Positions 11,843-23,839 of a stretch of 64,000 nt of DNA are shown piece after piece. Both the position numbers and the translations under genes were made by a program. Each line of letters opens with the position of its first letter. Position 1 is the first letter of the stretch. Under the pieces are notes generated by a model. That model did no database searches. It was not told the origin of the DNA and was given only the letters and a program-made list of their open reading frames with translations. The DNA is from Macrostomum hystrix (Eukaryota; Animalia; Platyhelminthes): positions 6,758,001-6,822,000 of the forward strand of contig CATNEN010000002.1 of assembly GCA_950097015.1 (NCBI GenBank), given 5' to 3'.

Positions 11843-11910
11843 TCGGACCATTAAACCAGCGAGTCGAAGCCAGGCGGTTGGCACGGCAGGCGCAAGTTCG
11901 AAACTGGCCC
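11843..11910. repeat. 68-bp direct repeat, copy 1 (candidate B1)
   Basis: tcggaccattaaaccagcgagtcgaagccaggcggttggcacggcaggcgcaagttcgaaactggccc; lies 46 bp downstream of the recombinase stop codon. Confidence 0.9.
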
Positions 11911-11956
11911 AAACCCAAAACGGAAAGGAGAAGCAGGGAACAGAAATTAGATTGAG

Positions 11957-12957
11957 TTAGAGAGCGCCCAGGCGACGCGCCAGCCCATGCACGGCTGCCC
12001 TTGCATCCGAGTCCTGCACAGACAGATAGCGAAACACAGAGCCGCTCTTCCAGTCACCTAGCTGCTTGATTACTGGCAGAGGAACACCGAGCTGCATCGC
12101 CGTCGTAGCGCCGCCACGCCGCAGCCCGTGGCCTGTGAAGACACGCGGCGAAAAACCCGCCGCAGCGCACAGAGATCGGAGGCGGCCATCGAAACCGCTA
12201 GCTGTCAGGGCCGTCCACCCGTTTGCCGACCAGGTCGCAAAAAGATGAACAGGACCAGGGGCTTGATCCACCAGGTTGGCGGCCAGCTGCTGCTTCAGAG
12301 CTCGGTACGGGAAAATGGCCTCTAGCCCGCCATCCGGAAGCTTCGGGAGAAACACACGCTGAACTCTGTCGCCAAACTGGTTCGTCTTGGAATGCTTCAC
12401 TACCAGCTCACAGTCGCGCTCCGAGAAGGTGACACTCGACGCTGACAAATCGCGCACCAGATCGAGCTCCCCTGCCTGCGTGGTGACATTCGCCTTTCGC
12501 AGCATTCCCCACCAGGCCGTCAGAATCGCCGACCAGAAAGCGATGTCTTTGCGTGGTTTCTGGTCAAGATAGGCGTGCAGCTTGAGAAGATCGGCGACTC
12601 GGATTGGCTCCTTCGAGTGCTGTTGTCGACCGAGAAACCGGCGAAGGCCGCGAAGCACCCACTTGACCATCGGTGTCTCGCACGGGTCCGGCCGACCAAT
12701 CGCTCTGAAGTACAGAGAGACTGCGTTCGCATACGCATGGCAACTGCGGAAAGTGGTTAGCCGATTGGACAGCTCAGCCAGGTATTCAGCCACGTGTACC
12801 GGCTGCGGTCGGGCTGGTGTCAAGCGCTTGGAACTGCAGAAACGCAACCAGGACGCGAGCTGCGACCGGTAACTCCGCTTCGTGTGGGGAGCGATTGCAT
12901 TGCCGACGAGAAATGCGCAGCGCTGGCTGAGACGGTCGGGAGCCTGGCGCGGAGGGC
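11957..12957 (-). CDS. Tyrosine recombinase of DIRS/Ngaro type (frame open upstream of the ORF-track start; true start unresolved)
   Basis: Catalytic set present: GMLRKAN (R), HSKTNQF (K), GHGLRRGGAT (H-x-x-R), LGDWKS (W), VFRYL (Y). The upstream in-frame sequence NAIAPHTKRSYRSQLASWLRFC matches the N-terminal SAM-like helix of DIRS-group recombinases. Confidence 0.9.
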
Positions 12958-13454
12958 CTGCAAAAAGAGAAACGCGAAAGCAGAAGCGCGAGTGCCCTGC
13001 AGAGGAAAATCTGAAGCGGAGACAGAAATTCTTGAAATTTTGTTCGAATTTAATATTTTAATGACGGTCAGTTGTCAATCGAAAATCTGACCCGTGCGTG
13101 ATTTCCGTTGGCTGCTGAAGCTTCCAAATCCCCAAGGTCCTAGAGACTGATCGGGACTTCAAAGCTCTCTCGAAAAATTGTAGCATAGATTGACTATCTG
13201 TGCAAGAGGTAACACACAGGTGCTATCAGTAGCCAAACAGCTAAATGAAGTACCATTTTCCTGCAAAGAAGATACACATGTGTTATTTTTTGAGTCTCCT
13301 AATGAAAAATCAGATGGACCCGGCAGCAGCTGCTGCTGAGAAACCTGGGACCAACCTTTGATGAAATGTTACGAGAAATCTGCGACAAGCTAAGGGCGAT
13401 ATGTTGATACAATTAAGCTTCTGTCTAACCTAGGTATTGCTATGCTATGCGAGT

Positions 13455-13737
13455 TGACGCTTCGCTAGACGCTACGCTAGACGCTACGCTAGACGCTACA
13501 CTAGACGCTACGCTAGACGCTATGCTAGACGCTACGCTAGACGCTATGCTAGACGCTACGCTAGACGCTACGCTAGACGCTATTCTAGACGCTACGCTAG
13601 ACGCTATGCTAGACGCTATTCTAGACGCTACGCTAGACGCTACACTAGACGCTACGCTAGACGCTACGCTAGACGCTACGCTAGACGCTACGCTAGACGC
13701 TATGCTAGACGTTACGCTAGACGCTACGCTAGATGCA
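13455..13737. repeat. 12-bp minisatellite (GACGCTACGCTA)n, about 23 copies
   Basis: Direct reading; source of the LDAT-repeat ORF. Confidence 0.95.
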
Positions 13738-14588
13738 AGACTCGTTAGTTACATTCACATTTCTTGTAACTTCTTTAAGACAATCTAATTTTAAAAAGAC
13801 ATTATTCATTCAAATGTGAAAATATTCACCAATCAAATCAAATCACCAGTCTAAAAAAACTTTTAGGATTCTAAAGCTGAGGATTGTAAAACTGAGGGAA
13901 ATTGAACAGCTATTTCTATCGCGTCTGTACCGGAAGCAATTATCTTCTCAGTTTTCTGTTCTGCGCGTCTTTACAGAAGCCAGTTGATCAGACGATTGGG
14001 AAATATTAGAAGCAGATTTGCAGCAGATTTATTATTTGCTGTGACTCCCAATTTTCTGCATTATCTGCGTCTGCAACTGAGTCCTCGCAATTGAGTCCAC
14101 TGTCTCATTGTGTGTATCTGTCTCCACTACCTGTCCCTCATGTGTGTGTGTGTGTCTGTCTTGTTGAACATTTTATAATTTCCAACAGAAGCTGTTAACA
14201 ACTACTTGTCCCGAAGAGGTCCTCCAGTAATTAAGGCCTTACCTGATTGGAAGCACTTTCATTGATTCAAATCAAACTCGTGATATAGCTTTGATTGAAG
14301 TTAAAGCAATTCATTAAAGCTCATTGCAAAAACGAAATGTATTAAAAATTCAATTACGCTTGTAAGACAACTTAAACGAAAGTCAAGTTTTAGTCAAATA
14401 TTTTGCTTTGTCTCGTAAAAACATTTTTTGTCGAAGGACTCAAATTATCAATGATTGTCTGGCTTAATAGGGAGCTAAGGCACTTTATACTTTTCTAGTA
14501 CAATCACTTGCACTAAAACTTGCACTAGTAAGGGAACAGGGTTTGTAGACGGATTAATAGCTGGAGGGATCAGTGTACAGGTTCATGG

Positions 14589-15000
14589 GTGGATGGATGA
14601 ATGGATGGATGGGGATGGATGGATGGATGGATGGATGGATGGATGGATGGATGGATGGATGGGGATGGATGGATGGATGGATGGATGGATGGATGGATGG
14701 ATGGATGGATGGATGGATGGATGGATGGATGGATGGATGGATGGATGGATGGATGGATGGGGATGGATGGATGGATGGATGGGGATGGATGGATGGATGG
14801 ATGGATGGGGATGGATGGATGGATGGATGGATGGATGGATGGGGATGGATGGATGGATGGGGATGGATGGATGGGGATGGATGGATGGATGGGGATGGAT
14901 GGATGGATGGATGGATGGATGGGGATGGATGGATGGATGGGGATGGATGGATGGGGATGGATGGATGGATGGGGATGGATGGATGGATGGATGGATGGAT
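14589..15000. repeat. (GGAT)n microsatellite with GGGGAT interruptions
   Basis: Direct reading. Confidence 0.97.
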
Positions 15001-15705
15001 AATGCATGATTGGACTGGTTAGAAAAAAGGAGAAAATAGAATAAACTAATGTTAAAGTAATTCAATTTTCATGAAAACGTTCAGAAAGCGAGTAAAAAAT
15101 TGAAAACTTAAACTTAATATAAACAAAAATGTGCAAGTCTATTTTAAAGAAGTTAGCGCGATTTACTTTTTTCTCAAATAAAGTAAAAATGATGTAAAGA
15201 AATATCAAAATGATTCGCTAAAAGGATTGCACCAATCAGGTAAAAATTTTAGGGCGCACAATAAACAGGAGGGTAAAACGAAAAAAACTTGTAGATCGGA
15301 AGAAAGTATTATGCAATCGTTATACTGAAGTTGACTTCTAAGAAAACTAAACTACAAGGCAATCGGAATTAAACTGAAATTTAAAATAAAGCTAATTGAC
15401 TAATCAGGTTTCTAAGAAAAACGGCGATTATTTGTATTCACTTAACGTTTCTCTGCCACATTAGTATTTACTTGAATATATAATTTAAACCCTAAATCTT
15501 ATTTGATTATATATATTTTCTAAATCTTCATTTTGCTGTCTAAAATCCTAATTAGTTTAAATCGAACACCGAATTTACGAAAGCTAGTGTGAGCTCAATA
15601 GTTGGATTCTTGCTTTCATAGAAATTAATCATAGATTTACTCCTTAGAAACAAAAGACTTTCTTCTTATTTTATGTCTAGGAAACTTTCGTTATTGATTT
15701 CTTTA

Positions 15706-15707
<2 letters not shown>

Positions 15708-15740
<33 letters not shown>

Positions 15741-15999
15741 GCAGGAGGGCCGCGGGCAATGGCACACAGATACTGTACGCAGGCATACGCTCACACAGGT
15801 GTGTACATCTGCCCTGACTTTCTCATCTTCAGGCAGTGTACACTCTCACTGTGCCTTGGAGGTTGGCCCTCAAGGGCGTAAATTGCACGACAAGCCCCCA
15901 AGCCTTCTCTCCGCGGCTGCGCCCCAAATAAATGTGGCCTCGCCGCGGAATCGAGCTCAGGGACCTCGGTGCGAAAGGCAAACGCGTCAACGCTCTGAT
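15708..15999 (-). mobile_element. tRNA-derived SINE with (ATT)n 3' tail
   Basis: Minus strand begins with a tRNA-like head (CAGAGCGTTGACGCG...GAGCTCGATTCCGCGGCGAGG) and ends in (ATT)n at 15708-15738. An internally deleted copy lies at 27708-27800. Confidence 0.6.
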
Positions 16000-16467
16000 T
16001 GATTATTGATTATATAAAAATTCTAAAATATATCAAAACGCTTCAAAAATAATAAAACAAACACAGTAAATAAATAATAATCAAATCGCAGTACTATGCA
16101 CGTTTTTGAACTGGAGGACTGTTGTCAAAATATTGCCTTCGCTAAAAAACAAATGTCACGGAAATCCGGTAGGCTGTACTTAAAAATGGCATCTCACTTT
16201 GTTCTGCTGAATAAATAATAAGGCAAAATTCTTTAGCCATGAAAGTTAAAAAAATTAAAGCACACAAAATTGGAATGTATTAGGAAGACATGAACAGGCC
16301 TCCCTAGTTAAACAATGATGAAGTTCCGAAAAAAGTGATGATGTCGTTGTTAAATAATGTAAAAAGGATTTGAGACATGAAATAGAAAATATCAGGTATG
16401 ATGTAAGTGTGATGCAGGATAGGAATCATTAGAAGCGAGCAAATATCAGTACACGAGGAGAAAACCT

Positions 16468-16685
16468 GCCAAGAACGGTCTAGAACCCGCCAAGAACGGT
16501 CTAGAACCCGCCAAGAACGGTCTAGAACCCGTCAAGAACGGTCTAGAACCCGCCAAGAACGGTCTAGAACCCGCCAAGAACGGTCTAGAACCCGTCAAGA
16601 ACGGTCTAGAACCCGTCAAGAACGGTCTAGAACCCGCCAAGAACGGTCTAGAACCCGCCAAGAACGGTCTAGAATCCGTCAAGAA
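16468..16685. repeat. 21-bp minisatellite (AAGAACGGTCTAGAACCCGCC)n, about 10 copies, overlapping the ATPase stop codon
   Basis: Direct reading, period 21. Confidence 0.95.
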
Positions 16686-17037
16686 ATCGCGGCTTCAATC
16701 CGAGCCAGCCATCGGGCGTCATTCGCTGCAGCAGAAGTTTCCTCGCGGCCTCGTGAGCCAGGATGAACAGAGCAAACGGCATTGCTGGCAGCCACCAGGT
16801 GAACCGCAGAGGCTGCATCTGTGCGGCCTGGTTGAGTCCGGGACTGTACACAAGCAGAACAGCCAGACCAGTCTCCAGCAGCAGCGCTGCGGTCAGATGG
16901 CGATAGTTGGCGAGCTGCAGCCGGGAGCTGTCTGCTCGGGAGCCGCAGGCGAACAGGTTGGCCCACTGCAGCAGCACCAGGCTGCTGAAGAACACAGCGT
17001 GGGCGGTCTGTTGCAGCCGCGTGCGCTGCTGATGCGA
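16669..17037 (-). CDS. ATP1A-like: Na+/K+-ATPase alpha-like gene, last visible exon (8 of 8; M8-M10)
   Basis: Acceptor cccgcag at 17038; SHQQRTRLQQTAHAVFFSSLVLLQWANLF...LETGLAVLLVYSPG...PLRFTWWLPAMPFALFILAHEAARK...LDGF* aligns with TYEQRK..TCHTAFF.SIVVVQWADL... Confidence 0.88.
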   Translation of the reverse strand, partial: SHQQRTRLQQTAHAVFFSSLVLLQWANLFACGSRADSSRLQLANYRHLTAALLLETGLAVLLVYSPGLNQAAQMQPLRFTWWLPAMPFALFILAHEAARKLLLQRMTPDGWLGLKPRFLDGF

Positions 17038-18681
17038 CTGCGGGGGCGGCAGGCGGGTTCCGGGGCAGTGACAGGACGCGAGGAGACGAGTTTCACTTTG
17101 TCAGCATCATAGGGTGCGGATTAAGCTATGGGATGAGAAGGTTAGACGACTGGACAAAAAGTGCACTGGAAAAGTCATGGATTTTAGAAGGCTTACAGAA
17201 TGACGTCCGTTCGTGGCTTAAAGGTTGTGATTGACTATTTGACAGCTGACAGGCTCAGGCTCAGCTGACTGAATGATATCAAATGCTGATAGACAGACAG
17301 ACGAACAGGCAGAGACAGAAAGAGAGACAGACAATGGCAAAGAATGCAGAATGAAGGAAAAAATACAATAAAAAGCAGCACGCACGCATACAAAGCTGAT
17401 AGACAAACGGAATAATTGCAGTTATTGGCTCTGTCGGCACTTAGAAGCACTTAAAACAGGCTCGTTGGAAACTGCCTGGAAGCAGTTAGAAGCACCTCTT
17501 GTGAAATCGCGACTTTGTGTGTCGGCATTATCCCAATATCCTCGGGGAAGAGACAAACTCTTTGGCAAAGGATAGACACTCCCAGGCAGAAACAATAAGA
17601 GTTTGGCATCGTAAATACTCGTAGCATTGTAAAGAAGCAGCTAAACCGAAGCACGGTGAGTCAACAAAATTCAATAGACTAAAACCAGTGACTATTTTTC
17701 CTAGTGCAGATGCACTTCAAACATTCAACAACGGCAAAGATTTGCCAGCAGAAAAAGCCTGTTTTGGCTCGAAAGCAACTCGGCGACTCGCATAAATTAA
17801 AAGCTCGGATGTGTTCAAGATTCGATTTGCATAGGCCGCTGAGTCATGTGACTCAAGAGCCGCCTCAAGAGCTGCGCAGTTTCAGGGGAAGGTTACTTTG
17901 AGCACTACCGGATGAGCACATGCTGAGCACATGTCGGGGTCGCAAACACCGACCACGCGTCAACTTGAGTTGTTGTGGTTTTTTTATAAACCCGCACGAT
18001 AATAAGATGAGGCTTTCTAAGAAGTGACGCGCTGCGATTTCTAAGAAACTACAAGGAAGCCAAAAAGCTGTAAAAGGACTGCTATATCGTCCTTAAGAAA
18101 AACAGCTGACATTTCTTTCAAGAATTTTCAGTGACATTTTTTTTCAAATTCAAACGCATTTAAAAACCAAACTAAAACCAGCTGGCTTATACATAAGGAG
18201 TGCCTTAAAACAAATAAAACGTTTTCTAAGAATTCTAGAGAGCCAAAAATTCTCGAAGCTGTTTGTTATTCCATAAGAATTTAAACTGTTCTACAAACAA
18301 AGAAAAACATACATTTTCAGAATCACAAGTCAGGCCATTTAAATTAGTGAAGGTTTTAAGCAGTAAGAGAAAGTTTCTATGAAACAGAGGCTTACTTGCC
18401 ATGAAAATCCAGACGAAGAGTAAAATGTCTAGCTAAAGGACACAAATTGTTCTGGTAAAATTAGGTCTCGCATCGAATCGACATTCAAGTCGTGAGAAAA
18501 CTTACTCCCCATTGTTTTCTATTTAAATTAATCTTCTTTAGAATAAAGGTTCTTGTTTTTCTTGTTTTTTAGAATAGCACTAGCAAATTTTGCCCCCCTT
18601 CGGGGAGCAGAAATATTTTAAATTTGTCTAGTACTCGTACATACTTCTTAGCAGCTGTATTTTCAGCTTTTTTAAAGATAC

Positions 18682-19150
18682 AATGATCCCCCAGTTGACA
18701 ATGTTCCCCAGTTGAAAATGATCACCCGGTTGACAATGATCCCCCAGTTGACCATGATCCCCCAGTTGACAATGATCCCCCAGTTGACAATGATCCCCCA
18801 GTTGAAAATGATCACCCAGTTGACCATGATCACCCAGTTGACAATGCTCCCCCAGTTGACAATGATCCCCCAGTTGAAAATGATCACCCAGTTGACCATG
18901 ATCACCCAGTTGACAATGATCCCCCAGTTGACAATGATCCCCCAGTTGACAATGATCCCCCAGTTGACAATGATCCCCCAGTTGACAATGATCCCCCATT
19001 TGATTATGAATCCTCATTGATGATGATCACCCAGTTGACAATGATCCCCCAGTTGACCATGATCCCCCATTTGATGATGATCCCCCCAGTTGACCATGAT
19101 CCCCCGTTTGATGATGACTCCCCATTGATGATGATCCCCAGTTGACAATG
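18682..19150. repeat. 18-bp minisatellite (ATGATCCCCCAGTTGACA)n
   Basis: Direct reading. Confidence 0.95.
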
Positions 19151-19295
19151 TTCCTCAGAAGAAGATAATATACGTATTTTTATATTAGCTGCTTTTGTAA
19201 AAAACAGAGAAAAACAACATTAAATGAATAGTAGACAAAAAATATTATCATACAAATATATATATATATATATAGATAGAAGAAGAATATATATA

Positions 19296-19478
19296 GAAGA
19301 CTGACCTCTATCATGATCCTCATATGGGAAGACTGACCTCTATCATGATCCTCATATGGGAAGACTGACCTCTATCATGATCCTAATATGGGAAGACTGG
19401 CCTCTATCATGATTCCCATGTAGGAAGACTGGCCTCTATCATGATCCCCATATGGGAAGTCTGACCTCTATCATGATC
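19296..19478. repeat. 32-bp minisatellite (GAAGACTGACCTCTATCATGATCCTCATATGG)n, about 5.5 copies
   Basis: Period 32 (19296, 19328, ...). Confidence 0.9.
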
Positions 19479-19677
19479 AGGATCCTCAGGTGTGGAGACT
19501 GAGTAAAGTTAATCGTCGGAGAAATCTTCAAAAAGCTACTCACCTGTGAATCCAGATGGTGCAGATGCTGCTGCTGCTGCTGAGGTGATCATTATGACGT
19601 TATAAGATAAAAAAACTTAAATGCAGAGAATTCGATTCAATGACAAAAGAAAAATGTTGCCATGATTCACACCCACC

Positions 19678-20112
19678 CTGGTTTAGCCATGATTCAAGCT
19701 CTGGTTTAGCCATGATTCAAACTCTGGTTTAGCCATGATTCAGACTCTGGTTTAGCCATGATTCAAACTCTGGTTTAGCCATGATTCAAACTCTGGTTTA
19801 GCCATGATTCAAACTCTGGTTTAGCCATGATTCAGACGCTGGTTTAGCCATGATTCAAACTCTGGTTTAGCCATGATTCAAACTCTGGTTTAGCCATGAT
19901 TCAAACTCTGGTTTAGCCATGATTCAGACGCTGGTTTAGCCATGATTCAGACGCTGGTTTAGCCATGATTCAGACGCTGGTTTAGCCATGATTCAAACTC
20001 TGGTTTAGCCATGATTCAAACTCTGGTTTAGCCATGATTCAGACGCTGGTTTAGCCATGATTCAGACGCTGGTTTAGCCATGATTCAAACTCTGGTTTAG
20101 CCATGATTCAGA
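19678..20112. repeat. 23-bp minisatellite (CTGGTTTAGCCATGATTCAAACT)n, about 19 copies
   Basis: Direct reading; two unit variants (AACT/GACG). Confidence 0.95.
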
Positions 20113-20864
20113 CACTTGTTTTGCCATGCAAAAGTGAATTAAAAGTTTCCCCTTTATTTTCAAAACTAAATAAAAATTTTGCTTTGCATCCATCACTACT
20201 GACTGACAATTAATTTAAATATTTGACGCAGTGAAGAGTCGAACCAGGGACACTTCGCCTAGCCTAGCCTAACCTATTCCTAGTGCCTACACATCGGCTA
20301 CTCCGACTGTTGGATTGTGGATGCAAAAATTAGCCTTATAAAATGAATTCTCAAAGTTCTGGCTTTGTATAAATAGAGTACACTTAGGTGGTGTACATTA
20401 ATTTCAAATTTGTGTCCAGATTGTGCAGGCTTCTAATTCAGTCAGCTAGGGGGTGTTGCGCAAGTTGACGATGCAATTCCAATTCAGTGGCCGTCAGTGA
20501 AATTCTCAATAGGCCAAGATCTTTTGACCTTTGAAAAAATAAGCAAAAAGCATGTTTTTGGAACCTTTATCCCATTTAGAATAAAGCAATTTCTTAGCAA
20601 AAAGTTGCGTACCGTTGCTGGAAAATGTGGCGTCTTTTGGCGAAAGAATGGCGAAAATCGGTTCAGCCGTTTTTTCTCGTGGAAAAGTGACCCACAAGCA
20701 AGTACGAGTCGTAGTATAATAATACATTCTGAGACATCCCGTCTGTACACCAAGAGCCCCATTGGGGAAAAATTACACAAGCAACTTACGTTTGATACAA
20801 CTCAGCTTAATGCTACTAAGGTACATGGATATACTATCCCCTCAGCAGTAAAAAACCAGTGTCT

Positions 20865-21442
20865 CCCCAGCAGCAGAGAACTAATTCCCCCCCCCAGCAG
20901 CAGAGAACTAATTCCCCCAGCAGCAGAGAACTAATTCCCCCCCAGCAGCAGAGAACTAATCCCCCCCTGCAGCAAAAAACTAATTTCCCCCCCAGCTGCA
21001 GAGAACTAATTCCCCCCCCTCCAGCAGAAAACTAATTTCCCCCCCCCAGCTGCAGAGAACTAATTTCCCCCCCAGCTGCAGAGAACTAATTCCCCCACCC
21101 CAGCAGCAGAGAACTAATTCCCCCCCAGCAGCAGAGAACTAATTCCCACAGCAGCAGAGAACTAATTCCCCCAGCAGCAGAGAACTAATTCCCACAGCAG
21201 CAGAGAACTAATTCCCCCAGCAGCAGAGAACTAATTCCCCCAGCAGCAGAGAACTAATTCCCCCAGCAGCAGAGAACTAATTCCCCCAGCAGCAGAGAAC
21301 TAATTCCCCCAGCAGCAGAGAACTAATTCCCCCAGCAGCAGAGAACTAATTCCCCCAGCAGCAGAGAACTAATTCCCCCAGCAGCAGAGAACTAATTCCC
21401 CCAGCAGCAGAGAACTAATTCCCCCAGCAGCAGAGAACTAAT
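20865..21442. repeat. About 23-bp minisatellite (AATTCCCCCAGCAGCAGAGAACT)n with variable C-run
   Basis: Direct reading. Confidence 0.95.
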
Positions 21443-21644
21443 GTTCTCCAAACAGAAGAGAGCCTCCATAATACCAGAATGGAGGCTACTTGCAGGCTAC
21501 CAAACTCGCAGCAAGAAATGTTGCCCTTTTTCTTTGACAGGAAACCATTGCCCCCAAATAGCAAAGTAACGATGTGTCAATCGTTGTACTCAGCCCAGAA
21601 GGCAACAAATATCTCCTGTTACATGTGGCACGGTAGATACATTT

Positions 21645-21775
21645 AGAAAACTGTTAAACGCATTTAGAAAACTGCGGGACACATTTAGAAAATCGTTGGA
21701 CACATTTAGAAAATCGTTGGACACATTTAGAAAATCGTTGGACACATTTAGAAAATCGTTGAGCACTTTAGAAAA
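21645..21775. repeat. 21-bp minisatellite (ACATTTAGAAAATCGTTGGAC)n
   Basis: Direct reading. Confidence 0.85.
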
Positions 21776-22798
21776 CGGTTTTGATCAGTCTTCGTCGAAT
21801 AAAGTTTTATAATTATTACTATAAAATAAGTTATTTTTTTAATCGAATAACGCTTAAAGCAATGCTTAAAAAATAGAAAAATTGGAAATAATTTACGCTC
21901 TCAGCTGCGCTCAATATTTTTTTCTTGCAGTTCTGAATCTGATAACGCTTGCAGCTATGCACAAAAAATATTTCCCAAGTTTTAGTATCGAATAAAACTT
22001 GCTGCTTTACTCGAAAAGAAAAGCTAATACTATTTTCTGAAAGCGAGTACAGGAATAATAAAGCTAACAAATATCTGCTTCGACAGTAGCTGACCAAAAG
22101 CGCTTACTATTTATACTCGAACCCAAAAATGCCCAAAAAATACTAATAAACAGGAACTTACGTTTTTAACTGCTGATGTTTAGAAGATTAAAAGAAAAAG
22201 AAGCAGTAACACAGCTGATGCTGAAATTCTACCTGCATTCTACAAAAGCATAAAAGTACTTTACTTCGGAGCTCGATGAAAAAAAAGCGGCACAATGATC
22301 GAAGTCGAGACAAGGTTTGACAATAGAAAGGCTGCAGTTTTATGGATAGAAAGGAGGAGGAGAGGTCTCGCTAGCATTGAGCATCATAAAAGCCCAATCA
22401 TGAAATCTGCTATGTACGTTTTGCGTATTCAAATCAAATCACTCGATCAGCCAAGAGACAAATTTATAAACGTACGTACGGGTCGAAAAGCAGTGACGCA
22501 ATCCTATTCAATTGAGAGTATCGGGCCCTGTTCTGTGCTATATACCAATGCACGCGCGGGCGAGAAAAAGCACCGATGCAATCTAATAAAACTGACAGTG
22601 TCCGGCCCTATTCTAATTTAACCTTGTTTGGCCTCCTATTGAAAGCAATAGGAAAACTCGTTTTTCGAATATTTAATACCCTTGGCATTGAGACAGAATG
22701 ATGAAATTTGATCAGTCTAATCCTTGGATGAATTGGCACTTTTTGGTGAAAACAGGAAAAAATTGGTCTAGCCATTCAATCGCTAGAGCATTTCAGAT

Positions 22799-23100
<302 letters not shown>

Positions 23101-23220
23101 ATGACTTTAACAAAATCCAAATATTTGTTAAATCTTTTGATGAAGCAAAAAGTTATTCGTTTTCTAAGAAACGAATAAACCTATTTTTTCTAGCAAATCG
23201 TTTAGAAATGTTGTCCTCAC

Positions 23221-23832
23221 CCACTCCTGTCCGTAGCTGTCCTCGATGTCCATCAGCGCCACGCTATCCCATTCTTTTCGAAGTCCGAGCAGCCGCAGGG
23301 GCCAGAAGCCGTTCTCGGCCATCACAACGAAGTAAGCGAACATCGCGCCGACGATTTGCACAACGCCAACCTGGGCGAAGGCGGCCGCGAAGACGCCCTC
23401 GTTGATTAATCTTCGGCTTCGTCTCGGATCGCAAAGAGCACTCTTTGACGACCTTTCAGCGGCTTCGGCGGCTTCGCCGAAGAGCAGCAGAGTGACAGAG
23501 GGCAGCAGGTTGGTGCCGAGGTCGATGCAGAGCAGGGTGGCGGCACCCATGGGCAGCGGCAGGCCGCAGGCTAGGTACAGCACGAACGCCGCAGCTTCCG
23601 GTAGATTAGACGTCAACGCAAAAGCAATGGCATGTCGGAGATTGTCAAAGGCGGCGCGGCCCTCCTCGATGCTGGCCACAATGACGCCGAAGCTTGCGTC
23701 GGAGAGGACGGCGTGCGACGACTGGCGGGCCGCGTCGCTGCCCAAAGAGCCGCCGAAAGCGAGGCCGATGTCGGCGCGACGAAGCGCCGGACAGTCGGCT
23801 ACATCGCCGCCCGTAGTCGCTACAACGTGGCC
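23221..23832 (-). CDS. ATP1A-like: Na+/K+-ATPase alpha-like gene, exon 7 (P-domain end, M5-M7)
   Basis: cag|GHVVATTGGDVADCPALRRADIG...DNLRHAIAFALTSNLPE...CIDLGTNLLPS...YGQEW|gtgagg; 612 nt, phase 0/0. Confidence 0.93.
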
Positions 23833-23839
23833 CTGAATG

